From the NCBI GenBank assembly GCA_964187785.1, contig OZ076414.1, forward strand, positions 20,398,001-20,462,000: 64,000 nucleotides of DNA, in the 5' to 3' direction. Within the stretch, counting starts at the first letter, position 1, and each line of letters starts with the position of its first letter. Below, piece after piece: positions 1 to 11,100 of the stretch. The position numbers and the translations under genes are program-made. The stretch comes from Amphiscolops sp. MND2022. Taxonomy: Eukaryota. Below the pieces are notes generated by a model that did not search any database, was not told the origin of the DNA, and saw only the letters and a program-made list of their open reading frames with translations.

Positions 1-39
1 AGTTGCGAACTTTTGAAGAAAACCAAATAAGCAATATCA

Positions 40-890
40 TACGGAGAGCCAAGGTAAAAGGACAATATTGTTAAAATAACATCAATTTTACAGCCCCAAA
101 AAAATACCCGAAGGGGTACGCTAAAGTCTCGAAAACCATTTTCCCCAAGTGGAAACAAAGAACCCATCTTTCTCAACCGAAAACTTTTCAGAAAATACAA
201 AAATTGAAAGTTTTTCGAAAAATTTTTCTGAAGAAGGTCTTCGGTAAGTTGCATAATCCCGAAAACCCTGAGGAGTTCTTTACGCTCGTAAAACGTTTCG
301 TTTCTTGTAAAAATTGAGGGGCTTCGATGAAAACAAATTATTTTTAAAACAAAGTCGCATAGAAAAAACACCGATCTTAATCGGATATAGCGTGCTGGGC
401 CTGAGAGCTAATTTTACGACAAAAATTATTCCTTTTGAAAAATCTCCATTCATTCTGTTGCAAAATTTCAAAAAAAAATCGAAGGGAGGACCCTTTGGAG
501 TCTTTAAAAAATTTTCGAAAAAAAATGAGAAATTTTAACAGTCTCATAGTGCCGAAGAATTTGAAAAAAGGGACCCTTTGGGATTTTCAAACATTCGTTC
601 TGTTGCAAAATATCAACCAAATTGAAGGGAGGACACTTTGGGGACATTAAAAAATTTTCGAAAAAAAGTCTGACAAAGCCGAAAAAGGGGGAGTCTCATA
701 GTGCCAAAAAAGTGAGAACCTTCTGCTTCGAGATACTTGTAAAAAAAATTAGCGCATATGCACGGGTTCGAACATGGAACCTCTGGGTTGAACAGCAAAC
801 ATCTTACCACTAGACCACGACCGCGTGAACTGTGCGACTTGCCGCGTGAAACGAGAGAGTTGTCACCCGGAAACTTTGAAAAAGCGCCCA
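40..890 (-). mobile_element. Helentron-associated non-autonomous element (HINE/DINE-1-like), copy A, degenerate ends, boundaries approximate
   Basis: Internal blocks are homologous to copy D (e.g. CGGATATAGCGTGCTGG, GTTTCGTTTC-GTAAAAATTGAGGG) and share the GTCTCATAGTGCC / AAGGGGGACCCTTT repeats of copies B-E. A degenerate 5' subterminal motif lies near 878-890. Confidence 0.6.
753..824 (-). pseudogene. tRNA-like module inside HINE copy A (A box TGGTCTAGTGG, B-box-like GTTCGAACCC)
   Basis: Minus strand reads GCGGTCGTGGTCTAGTGGTAAGATGTTTGCTGTTCAACCCAGAGGTTCCATGTTCGAACCCGTGCATATGCGC, followed by a T8 run. Anticodon and acceptor stems do not pair, so it is not a functional tRNA. Confidence 0.65.
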
Positions 891-1366
891 CACTTTCCCA
901 TAACACTTGCTTATCGCAAGTGTAAACACTTCAAGTTTTCCGGAGACATTCTTTATCAGGGATAAAAACTGTGAGCAGACAGATTATTCACTTGCAGCCT
1001 TTGTGAAAACGAACAGAAAAGTACTTTTTGTGCTGGCTATTTCCCAATTGACGACATAATTACGTTTTCTAGAAGATTGCAAAAAAAATCAGCATATTCC
1101 TCAAAATCAAGTAACAATTGTGTATTTCATTTCGGCTGATTTACACTGATTTCATCATGTTTAAATAAAAACTTTCGTATAAGAAAGCCTTGCCTTCAAA
1201 GTTGCAGACCGAATGCACTACAAATCAGGGTACAATCAAGTTGTGGAATTTGCCTGGTTTTGTTTTTAACATTGCCCAGGTAGTTTGAACCCTTGGCTGA
1301 TGGCAATAAAGAATGTAGAAATCCAAACCAACGAAATCTTTTTGGACATGAATCCAGGCTACTTAC

Positions 1367-1396
1367 CTCTTCGCCGCCAATATCATCACCAACAAC
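1367..1396 (-). CDS. TRAF3IP1: Probable 30-bp phase-0 exon (VVGDDIGGEE), likely of TRAF3IP1
   Basis: Flanked by TTCAG| and |GTAAGT, open phase-0 frame, same strand and downstream of the other exons. Assignment to this gene is inferred from position only. Confidence 0.45.
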
Positions 1397-2037
1397 CTGA
1401 ATTTTCAGCAGTAGAAAACTTGGGTGCTATTATAGGTTGACAAATTGCGTCTCGCCTGAACATGTTCAATTCAAAAAGATACACTCAGCGAAATTCAAGC
1501 CATGGTTGATTTGAACCGAAACAAATAAAGCTTCGTTTTTCTTCTGAGAAACAAAAAACAGATTCTTAAAGGCTTTCTCAGGTTTTTTGTTATCAGAAAT
1601 TTGAAGCCATGGAGTTTGGCAAGATTAATAAAGGAGCATTTCTATTGCTAAATGCAGCTAATGTACATGAAAGATTGAGTGAGGCCGAAAATATTTGTCT
1701 CTAATTGACCACGAATGCTTGTTTTCAAGGCCAATCTCTGCAGTTGTTGTTGCATCAACAAAATCAATATTTACTAAACGATGGTAAAAAGCAGGTGTCG
1801 AAAAGTGATCGTCAATGATGACTAACCAAGTCAGCTTCCGTTGCGTGTTCATTTGCACTCGTGTCGTGGTCTGGTTGCTAAATAGAAACAAAAAAATTTG
1901 TTGTGTGCTTTATTTATGTGATAGACTTGCAACTAATTGTAGTCAAAATCTGTTTACGGGTGAGACAATTTTCAAGAACTCAATACATCCAAACGATACT
2001 CATACTCAATCAAAAGTTTGGGTGGTATCGAAACCCA

Positions 2038-2440
2038 AAACAAGCTGGGATCGGCATAAGTCGGCGCCATATCTAAGGCTCGGAACAAGCAAAAAGACAT
2101 GAAAGTGTCAAAAACTCAAAGTATCAAACTCACAAAAAGAGTTCCGAAACACTTTCGAAAAACCCAAACGACCGAACTGGCGCGCTAAAAGGGGGGACCC
2201 TTTCGGATTTTTAAACATCCATTGTCGCAAAACATCAAGAATTTGAAGGGGGACCCTTTAGTCTCGACCGGTATTGTATGTTACGGTGAAAAAAAAGAAC
2301 AACTATTTTAGTTCAGTTCCCTAGGCCAAATGGTTCAATTTGATACTATAAAATTTTGTAGAACTATTTTGGTCAATTCCTGAGGATTGAAAAAAAATTC
2401 ATTATATTAGTGGCGTTTCACTTCACAAGCGCCGACTAAA
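2038..2440 (-). mobile_element. HINE/DINE-1-like element copy B (intronic in TRAF3IP1)
   Basis: 3' end ACAAGCTGGGATCGGCATAAGTCGGCGCC and 5' end GCGCCGACTAAAA form the subterminal inverted repeats, with a 3' hairpin and T-rich ends. Confidence 0.75.
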
Positions 2441-2878
2441 AACTGCTTTGAAGAGTATGTCCACAGCAACCGCTGTTTGTTTTTGAGAAAAAAGGCTTTC
2501 TCTTATAGCAAAATTCGCATTACTTTTTACACATTTAGATTTCGTTGAGGTGGTTGCCTATTTTAACGGATGAATTACTGGAACATGAAATAATTAAATT
2601 TCGATCTCTGAAAATGCACTGTGTATTTAAGATGTATAAAAGCACCAATTTATTGCATACTGTCCATGCAAAACTTTTCGATACTTTGGAAATGTCTCAA
2701 ATTTTAAACTCAACTTGAATCTGCCTTACATGAACAAACTTTTTTTGCTAGTAGAAGTTTAAAAATTGGGCTTTAGCTATGAGTCAAAAAACTCGAACAA
2801 TATAAAATTCCAGATTTTAAAAGAAACTAAATCAAATACAAGCCGCGGCTTCTATATATAATTATATGAGCGCCTTAC

Positions 2879-3073
2879 TGTTCTGTCCGTGGTGTCGTTT
2901 TCATTCTTGTCCTTGTGGTGGGACCGTGACCTCTTGGATGACTTATCGCGGGTCTCTCCTCCACTTGACCTTTTGTCTTCCCCTCCTCCCCCAGACTTGT
3001 CTCTGTGTTTGCCCCCATCGGACTTGTGAGATCTGTCGGGAGACGAGTGCCCATTTGTTATTACCTCTTTTTT
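2879..3073 (-). CDS. TRAF3IP1: TRAF3IP1/IFT54 exon, charged low-complexity region (KKEVITNGH...DTTDRT), 195 bp, phase 0-0
   Basis: CACAG| acceptor and |GTAAGG donor, open frame continuing from the upstream exons. A K/R/E/S-rich middle region is typical of IFT54. Confidence 0.7.
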
Positions 3074-3481
3074 CTGTGAAGCACAATTAACAATGATCAT
3101 TATAAATTTTCAAGTTATTGGTTATTGATTTTAGAAAGTTGCAGAATATAGTTCAAAGTGAAGAAATACGCTCAAAATTTGAGGAAATTCGTTCACCGCA
3201 AAATATCCAATTTTTATTTCTTCGACGGTAAATTGTAATCAAGGTCCGATTGGTAGCTGAACAATTAATTTTTGTAGGTTACATCATGATATTGGTGTTT
3301 TTCATCAGCAATTCAGACGATGAATGATTAGGAGAAAGTTTGTAACTTATTTCGGAAAATCGAAAGAACCGAAATCAAATCCCAATAATTTACAACCAGA
3401 AAACTAATTAAGGCCTAATCTATGCAAGATCAACCATAGGTTTACTTTGTTAGAAACAATAAAATCTTGAAAAAAGCAAAC

Positions 3482-3586
3482 CTCTTCTTGGTCTTCTTTG
3501 GCTTCTTTCCGAGAAGATCTGTGCTTCCTTCGAGCTTCTTTCTCACTCGTGGCATCTTTTGCAGCCGATTCCTCGTTATTAGCAAC
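3482..3586 (-). CDS. TRAF3IP1: TRAF3IP1/IFT54 exon (VANNEESAAK...KEDQEE), 105 bp, phase 0-0
   Basis: AATAG| acceptor and |GTTTGC donor, open frame. Confidence 0.7.
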
Positions 3587-4165
3587 CTATTTAATGAAAC
3601 AATAGTTCGTATTCTAAATTTTGTAGTCACTAACAGCTCTTGGTAGGTAAAACTTCTCAAAAACATTTCAGTGAGTTACCTACACGTCTAAAGTAGCCTT
3701 CCAAAAACCATAGTCAAAAATGAAGCAGCTTTTTGCATGTTGCAACCCTTCATGCAAGGTAAATAATCATGAAATCTAGGAAACTGGTAAGCTGTCGGTG
3801 GTAAATCTTGTAGAATTAGACTGCAGTTTCAACTATTGCAATTGAAACTGGAAATACAGTACTTCCCGCTTCGTTACCGACACAATCACTCTTGATGAAA
3901 TCACCGCTTCTCAAACCGCACGCTGATTATTCTAGTTTGCATTTAATTTGGTGAATGAAGTGAATTCGCGATATTTGAATTTTTGTCGTTTCAAGCAATC
4001 GAGTTGCGTTGTTTTAGAGCCCACTATTAAAGCGTTGTTTTTATAATGCAAGTGTATCAATGCAATTTCTGGAATGCATCCAACGAAACCCAGCCTGAAG
4101 TCAAAACAATGCGGGAAGAGCACTTAAGAAATTACTTCGAAAGCGATTTGAAACACTGATCTTAC

Positions 4166-4267
4166 TTCGCTTTTGGCTGAAGTTGGTTTTTCTGATGGTT
4201 TTTTCTTTGCAGATGGTTTTCTTCCATTCGATATTGCTTCGATTGCTTCTTTGGAACTCACTTTATC
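4166..4267 (-). CDS. TRAF3IP1: TRAF3IP1/IFT54 exon (DKVSSKEAIEAISNGRKP...), 102 bp
   Basis: TTTTAG| and |GTAAGA splice sites. The peptide resembles NKLSSDDAVRRVLAGEK, recalled from vertebrate TRAF3IP1. Confidence 0.8.
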
Positions 4268-4338
4268 CTAAAAAACACCAAAACATCAAATTTATTGAAT
4301 TGAATGATTTTGAGGCAAAAAAATTACTATGGACTTAC

Positions 4339-4445
4339 CAAAAGAGCTTGACCCAAAATTTGAAGCATTTCGTTAGTTTTTTCCGGTTCATGTCCAGCAA
4401 TGATTTTTGATGGTTTCGCCTGGATAGACTTTCCAGTACAACTTT
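4339..4445 (-). CDS. TRAF3IP1: TRAF3IP1/IFT54 exon, calponin-homology-like N-terminal domain (SCTGKSIQAKPSKIIAGHEPEKTNEMLQILGQALL)
   Basis: TTCCAG| and |GTAAGT, 107 bp, phase 1-0. AKPSKIIAGHEPEKTNEMLQ matches the [20 protein letters not shown] signature of IFT54/MIP-T3. Confidence 0.9.
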
Positions 4446-4517
4446 CTGGAACATAAAAAATAATAATCGACCAATAACCGGGAAAATATTACGGATTTGT
4501 TCCACAAATGTACTTAC

Positions 4518-4566
4518 GCAGGACATCGATGACTTTCTGTAGGAATGATATTTTGACTTCCTTTGA
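4518..4566 (-). CDS. TRAF3IP1: TRAF3IP1/IFT54 exon (SKEVKISFLQKVIDVL), 49 bp, phase 0-1
   Basis: TTTCAG| and |GTAAGT. Matches the KISFLQKAIDV motif, and its phase joins correctly to the 4339-4445 exon. Confidence 0.9.
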
Positions 4567-4850
4567 CTGAAATGAAATAAAAACAGAATTACTAAACGAA
4601 TTTGCTGACAATTTGTGTCTCAGACAGCGCACGGTTGAAAATTAACATGCGTAAATAAAAAAGCTAGTTGCCAATGTTTTCCATTGGATTTGGATTCAAG
4701 ACTTAACTGAAAGATTCAAGACTTCACTGAAATTTTAAAAAAAGCTTCAGCATGTTTCACCCAAAAACGTATGGTCGATACGCCCGCCCTCTCGGTAATG
4801 TGGACCAAATCATCATTTCACAAACTTACGGTTTCGATATGGATGGTTTT

Positions 4851-5383
4851 CAGTCGGCGCTTTTCGTAGAAAACGCAGACTATAGCAGTGACTTTTCTTT
4901 TTTCTTCTTTTTTTTTAAGACAAACGAAGTGACAGATTTTATAAGCTTTATAAGCTGGCTTCCACTAAAACTAACTGCCACACTGCTTCTACTGGCACTT
5001 GGCATAGAGGTTAATTAGGATTTTTTGAGGTCTGCCAAGCAGAAGGATGTGGGTTCGAGTCTCGCTCTTGACCAAAGTTTTTTTTGCATGTTATTTCGGC
5101 TTTGTGAGACTTTTTTGTAAATTTTTTCAATGTCTCCAAAAGGTCCCCTTTCAATTGTTTTCTATTTTGCAACAGAATGGATGTTCGAAAAATCCCAAAG
5201 TGTCCCCCTTTTACATTTTTCGGCACTATGCGACTTACCAGAAACTTCAAAAAAGTTCGAAAAAAAATTTTGGAATTTTTTCCTCATTCGGGTACTGTAG
5301 GAGAGAGTACTTGACACTTTGAAGTCCTTTTGCTATTTTTGAGCCTTAGATATGGCGCCGACTTGGGCCGTTTCCGGCTTGTT
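4851..5383 (+). mobile_element. HINE/DINE-1-like element copy C (intronic in TRAF3IP1)
   Basis: TTTT-CAGTCGGCGC ... GCAGACTA 5' hairpin; 3' GGCGCCGACTTGGGCCGTTTCCGGCTTGTT (subTIR plus GCCG/CGGC stem-loop). Confidence 0.8.
4995..5073 (+). pseudogene. tRNA-like module in HINE copy C (intact T arm / B box GTGGGTTCGAGTCTCGC)
   Basis: T stem-loop pairs, CTGCCAAGCAGA resembles a remnant anticodon arm, and a T run follows. The 5' half is degenerate. Confidence 0.5.
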
Positions 5384-5703
5384 ATTATTCAAAACTGTAA
5401 TCTGGCGAAGTCAAAATGGCCAGGAGTAAAACAAAAGGCAACGTTCGAAAGTGATTGCGGGTTAAATCGCTCTTTCACCGTGAAGTAACAGTTATTCAAG
5501 AGAAGGCATTTTGAAGCCAGAGCATAGAAGATATTCTCATGTGCCATTCTTACATTGATGCTTTCATAAACAAGCCCAGAAGTCAAACAGTTTTTGTTTC
5601 TTTCATTAGCTACATATATATGTAAATTCATTAAAGGGCATTGCTAAGATCTTCGAACGTTTTCGTTGCATGAAACAATTCATCAGGAAGTGCGATAACT
5701 AAC

Positions 5704-5775
5704 GGTTTCTTTAGTGGGAGCAGCAAGTTCTTCTTCGTTGAAAAGACCAGTGAAAAACCCAGAAACGTTATTCAC
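5704..5775 (-). CDS. TRAF3IP1: TRAF3IP1/IFT54 exon (VNNVSGFFTGLFNEEELAAPTKET), 72 bp, phase 0-0
   Basis: TTTAG| and |GTTAGT. Resembles VIRMTGFMKGLYTDAEM of IFT54 and joins in frame to SKEVKISFLQ. Confidence 0.8.
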
Positions 5776-6308
5776 CTAAACAAAGCTTCATCAAACAACA
5801 AATTTTGGAGCAACACATTTGAGAAACTGAACATTCATTAGATGACATAGACAGACATTACATGACAGACATTAGATGAAATATTGGGAAAACAAACAAT
5901 AATTTGAAAACCTTTCCCAAGAAAAGACTTTTCCACTAATTTGTTGCTTTCATTGTTAAAATCGTCTATTCTTTCGCGGCGGAAAAGATAATCAACAATT
6001 CGAGCATATTTTTAAGGGGTTTTTTGGAGGTTGAAGAACTTCATTTTGAATACCGATAACTTCTGTTCTCTTTGATCAATAATTACCTCCTGAATGTTAT
6101 TTAGTTAAAGAGTGGTATTCATAATGTCCATCAATAAGGTTCGCCAGCATTACGGAAGATCAAAAGCTCAATCTGGTGACAGATTGACAGAAAAAAGTGG
6201 TTTTCAAGCTGAGATCCAGAGCTCTGTTGATGACTGAGCTCCCAGTGAACCGAACGGTCTTTTTTCATCATAATGATATCAAGAAACCAAGCTAGGATAC
6301 CATAGATA

Positions 6309-7045
6309 AACAAGCCGGGAACGGCCCAAGTCGGCGCCCCGCTCAAGGTTCAAACGAGTAAAGGTTTTCAAATATGCAAAAGAACACTATAATTAAAATT
6401 TCATCATTTTTTCAGTGCCAAAAAATTCCCGAAAGGATACACATATGACTCGAAAACCACTGAAAATCAGAATTTTTATTTCGGAAAAAGTCGCATAGGG
6501 GCGAAAACCTTAAGGAGCCCTCTATGCTCTTAAAATGTTTCGTTTCTGGTAAAAATTGAGGGAGCTTCGACAATAACAAATAGGAAAAAAGTCGCGTAGT
6601 ACCGAAAAACGCCGGTCTCAAAAAAAAAACAAAATTCGGATATAGCGTGCTGGTCCACTGAGAAAACCTAATTTTAAGACGAAAATAATCATTCTGAAAA
6701 ATCTCACAATGCCGAAAATTGCAAAAGGGGGGCCCTTTGGGCTTTTTGAAAATTCAATTTGTTGGAAAATATCAGAAAAATTGAAGATGGGATCACTTGG
6801 AGACATTGAAAAATTTTCGGAAAAAGTCTCACAAAGCCGAAAAATCGAAAGGAGAGACCCTTTAGTCTCCTGTGGTTTTGCAAATGCAGGAAAAAGTTTC
6901 AGGCTGAAGCAGGGACTCGAACCTGCGACCGTTGGGTTCCCACTAAACCGATTAACCCATGTGACAAAAAAGCGGTACATACAAGGTGAGCTCTGTGGTC
7001 TGACGAAAAAAATAGCCACTTTTTCTCAAAAAGCGCAGACGAAAA
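6309..7045 (-). mobile_element. HINE/DINE-1-like element copy D
   Basis: 3' end AAACAAGCCGGGAACGGCCCAAGTCGGCGCC at about 6309-6340; degenerate 5' end AAAAGCGCAGACGAAAA at about 7030-7045. Confidence 0.7.
6900..6965 (-). pseudogene. tRNA-like module in HINE copy D (T arm GCAGGTTCGAGTCCCTGC)
   Basis: Canonical B box with a pairing stem, followed by a T5 run on the minus strand. The 5' half is shortened. Confidence 0.5.
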
Positions 7046-7331
7046 AGAGGACAAATGATCTATACAAATTCAATTTTATCCAAAGCGAGGGTCTTAAAGA
7101 TATTGTTTCAAAAACATGAAAGACTCTTCTCGCTTGGTTGATGGGGAAAAATTTTACTAGTCCTCATTTCACTATATGTAAATTTTTGTATTCCATAACA
7201 CCTCATCGAAAAATAGCTTACCAGAAACTTCAAGACGCTTTACAAACTAAACAATAACAATTGAGCATCCGTACTCTTTAGAGACTAACGAAGGCAGTTT
7301 TTTAAACTAAAAGTTGTTGAAGAGTTGTTTT

Positions 7332-7967
7332 TAGTCGGCGCTTCATGAAGTGAAACGCGACTATTATAGTGACTCTTTTTTTCTATCCACACGAACTGAC
7401 CAAAATAGTTCTACAAAAGTTCTACAAAATATTATTGCACCAAATTGCACTATTTGGTCTAGCGAACCGAACCAAAAAGGTTTTTCCTGTTTTTCCGCGT
7501 AACATACCATACCGGGCGAGGCCAAAGACTCCCCCCTTTCATTTTTTGGCACTGCGAGACTTTTTTTTCGAAAAAAAAATTCCCCAAAGGGTCCCCCCTG
7601 CATTTTTTTTGATGTTTTGCGACAGAATGGATGTTGAAAAATCCCAAAGGGCCCCCCCTTTCAGTTTTTTTGGCATTGTGAGATTTTTTCCCGAAAATGA
7701 AAATTTTTGTTTTCTTCAATTTTTTCATGTTTTGCGACAGAATGGATGTTGAAAAACCTTAAAGGGTCCCCCCTTTCAGTTTTTTGGCATTGTGAGACTT
7801 AAGCGCGCCACTCGGTCCATTTTTTTGAGTATGTAATTTTTTCGAAATTTTTTTTTCAAAAAATTTTCGATTTTCGAGTACTGTAAAAGAATACTTGACA
7901 CTTGGAAGTCTTTTTGCTATTTTGGAGCCTTGGATACGGCGCCGACTTGGGCCGGTCCCGGCTTGTT
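7332..7967 (+). mobile_element. HINE/DINE-1-like element copy E, with internal duplicated blocks
   Basis: TTTTTAGTCGGCGC...CGCGACTA 5' hairpin; GGCGCCGACTTGGGCCGGTCCCGGCTTG 3' end; GACAGAATGGATGTTGAAAAA block duplicated at about 7620 and 7735. Confidence 0.85.
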
Positions 7968-7974
7968 ATTTCAT

Positions 7975-8127
7975 TCACTGAAATTTCTGTCATGGTAATT
8001 GTTCCGAGATGGCCAGATCTCGTTCTTTTCCAAGCTTCAGCCATATTTTCAAATTTAATAATCTTTCTGGTCAATGTGAAGATTGAACTTCCAAGTTCGA
8101 AATTCCTGGGTAGTCGCGGCACCAAAA
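7975..8127 (-). mobile_element. Truncated second BEL/Pao unit: PBS and first gag codons (MAEAWKRTRSGHLGT)
   Basis: Homologous to 12985-13135, directly follows the 8128-8361 LTR on the minus strand, and ends at HINE copy E. Confidence 0.8.
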
Positions 8128-11100
8128 TGTTGAAGAGTTGTTTTTATGAAACGATTGAATTAAATTTGATAATGACAAGAGAGTTTTCATTCAGTGCGAA
8201 CAGTAGAACGAATTTGACTCTTGAAAAAAAGTGGGAAAGTGTGAATAGACGTGGCAGAAGATCAACAGCTCAAACTTGTTCATACGTAGTTTTATGTGTT
8301 GATTCCTGATTGGTTAATTCAAAGTTAGCATCACAAACGAAAGTTTTAGAAAGTATCAACATATGTTGCCCGGGTTGAAGTCCTTCAAAAAAAATAAAGT
8401 TGTTTTCAGATACCTCATGGCACAATTTGTCAAAAATGACAAGGAGGGACAGGAGTGGGAGGAAGCGGCGTGTGGATAACTTGAAACAGAGCCACGGATA
8501 TGGTCTGCGAGCCAATGATTCTGCGAAGTTGCCGGGATTTGAGATGTTCCTCAAGTGGCTTAAGTCGTCATGCTTGACTCCAGTGCCCGTAAAGACGCTC
8601 CAGCAGGTGCTTGAAGATCCTCGAGAGTTGGTGGTCATTCAGGAGCGGGTGGCAACACTTTCTTCAGAAGATGAAGAGGCTCTACGGAAGCTACATTCGT
8701 TGGATGATCTTCCAGAGACTTGGAAGGGGTGTGCTGTTGTCGAACAGTGTTGAGACCCCTTCTAAAGTAGTCCGCGCGGTAGTGAAATCACCGGGTGCAG
8801 TCTGTGTTGCGGAGGAATGGAGCGAAAGGGAGATAGTTGCAGAGAGACTTGGTGACACGATTCTCGTGGAGAAGTCTAGTTTCAGAGGATTCCATGTTGA
8901 CGTTGCTTAGGAAGGACATTCTTTTTCTACTCTCTTACTGGGAAAAAGATTTGGATGTTCTGTCTGCTTTCACCAACAGGGAAGAAGCTGGATGCGGCTG
9001 CACGAGATCGTAGAAAGTCTTTTTCTGAGACTATCGATCTTTTGCAATGTCTCTCTAGGACGCAGGCCCGTCAGGTGTCTTGGACTCTTCTGGAGCCTCG
9101 GGTGCGCCGTCTACTTTTCGTACCTCTTCTTGCTCTCTGTTTGGACGTACGTGCTGCCTGTGTGAACGATGTACAGCTGCGAGAGGACGGTCGAAGAAGG
9201 ATGGCGTACTGAGCAGATAAGGCGAGCGGACCAGTACTTGGCTCTCGCGTGCCGCAGGGGGGAAGAATTCGGCTCCAGTTCCTGATAGAGGTATGTACAT
9301 CAGCCTTCTTCATTTCTCTTGAATAACTTGCTGATCAGTAATCATTTATAAGCTGCAAGACCGAAGTATATGCTATAAAATGCACTTTGTGATAAGTTGA
9401 AATGGTATACGTAGTAGTCAGTAGTCCAGTAGAAGGCATAAATTTTTTGACCAAAAGGTAACAACGACTTGAACTAGGACGATGAATCGAATATTTCCAT
9501 AAACTAGAGATTAATAGGGAGCGAATAAGCCATTTCCCGCGGTCCGTACCCCAAACGAGTCATGAGGGGATACTTTTTGCGACTGTGGATTGGCAAAAGA
9601 AACGAGATATTACGAAGTTAACTAAAATATACTGTCTTTTTCCTCCCACAATGACCACTGGGGGTTCCTTTCACGATGGATTCAGCTAGCGATAGCTTTC
9701 TGAGCTTAATTATAGGTCGATTGAAGGTTTTCTTTGACGTTTTAATCTCTGCTACCCTCGGAATTTCATCATTTCCTTTAAATAGGTTCGAGACTCTGGC
9801 AAGTTTCTACACTAGTGGGGATTCGTTATTTCACCCTCGGAATTTCATCATTTCCTTTAAATAGGTTCGAGACTCTGGCAAGTTTCTACACTAGTGGGGA
9901 TTCGTTATCTTCAGCTACCAAAACAAGGTCACCCACGTTTATACAAGGTCCAGTGCGAAACCGTTTCTTTCGTATTTGCAGTTCCACAAGGTAGTCTCTG
10001 CTCCAAGACTTCCAGAAATCTTGTTGAATTCGTTGAAGGAGTTTTAGTCTCTGTCCTGCAGGTACATCTATGTCTTCTGCGGCTATTGAAAGTAGCGAGT
10101 CTCCAATGATAAAGTGTGCGGGCGTTAAAGCTCGACAGTCATCGGACATTGGAAAGAGTGGCCTTGAGTTTAAGATTGCTTCAATTTGCTGGAGAATTGT
10201 TAGGAGTTCTTCATATTTCAAAGTTTGAAGTCCGAGTATGCGTCTCAGTTTTCTCGTCATTCTCTTTTCAGCGGCATCCCACATACCACCGAAGTGTGGT
10301 GCTCAAAGGGGTAATCCTAACCCATTCAGTGCCTTGACCTGTCAAGTGTCTCAGGAGTTGTTCGCCTTGAACGGTCTCTTTGTTAAGTAGTGCTTGAATT
10401 CGTAAGAAATCATTTCTGGCCCCAATGAAGTTGCTTTCATTTTCTGTTATGATCTTCTTAGGGGTTCCTCTTGGTGTGAAGCGTTTGAGGGCCATTATGC
10501 AGTCCTCCTGGTTAGACTTGAAACTAAATCCACATGAATGGCTTTCGTGACTAGGCAAATGAATACAGCAATATAGATTATGGGATTTTTCTTGTGCTTG
10601 ACATTGAAAGGTCCAGCGAAATCTATTCCACAGGAAGAAAACGCCCTAGCTGGGGTCACGCGTTCACTAGGTAGGTCAGCCATTAGTTGGGGAGTAGACT
10701 TCGATTGAAAACAGAAACATTTGACAAAATTCTTGATGAAGTTATTTACCATTTTTCCGTTTACTAGTCAAAACTGTTCTCTCATTGTATTGAGAGTTAA
10801 ATTGCCTCCCCCATGAAGTGTAACTTCATGGTAATGACGAATCAGAAGCACCTTCAGAGGTGGATCTTGGCAATAAGATAGGAAAGTTTCTTGTCTTCAT
10901 GCAAACTTGATTGTGCGAGACGACGCAATGGTCGGGTAGGTAGAAGATTTTGCTGTCCTCCAAGCGTGTCTCTTTCACTGGAACTTCCTACACATGCCCA
11001 GTTTCCACAAACTGATCGAGAAATGACTTGTAGCGTGATTTGAGCTCTGGATCTAAATCTAGACGTTTTTCAAGTGAGTTGAACCTTCTGTTTGCTTGAT

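Noticed and set aside
753-6965. Functional tRNA genes
   Set aside because: Acceptor and anticodon stems do not pair, and all three lie inside repeats. Reported only as tRNA-like modules.
6709-8309. ORFs of 127-136 aa on the plus strand
   Set aside because: They lie within HINE or LTR non-coding repeats, are rich in homopolymer-derived K/F, and show no domain.
8362-9700. Envelope gene in the BEL element
   Set aside because: No signal peptide, cleavage site or transmembrane segment is evident. Kept only as an unexplained region.
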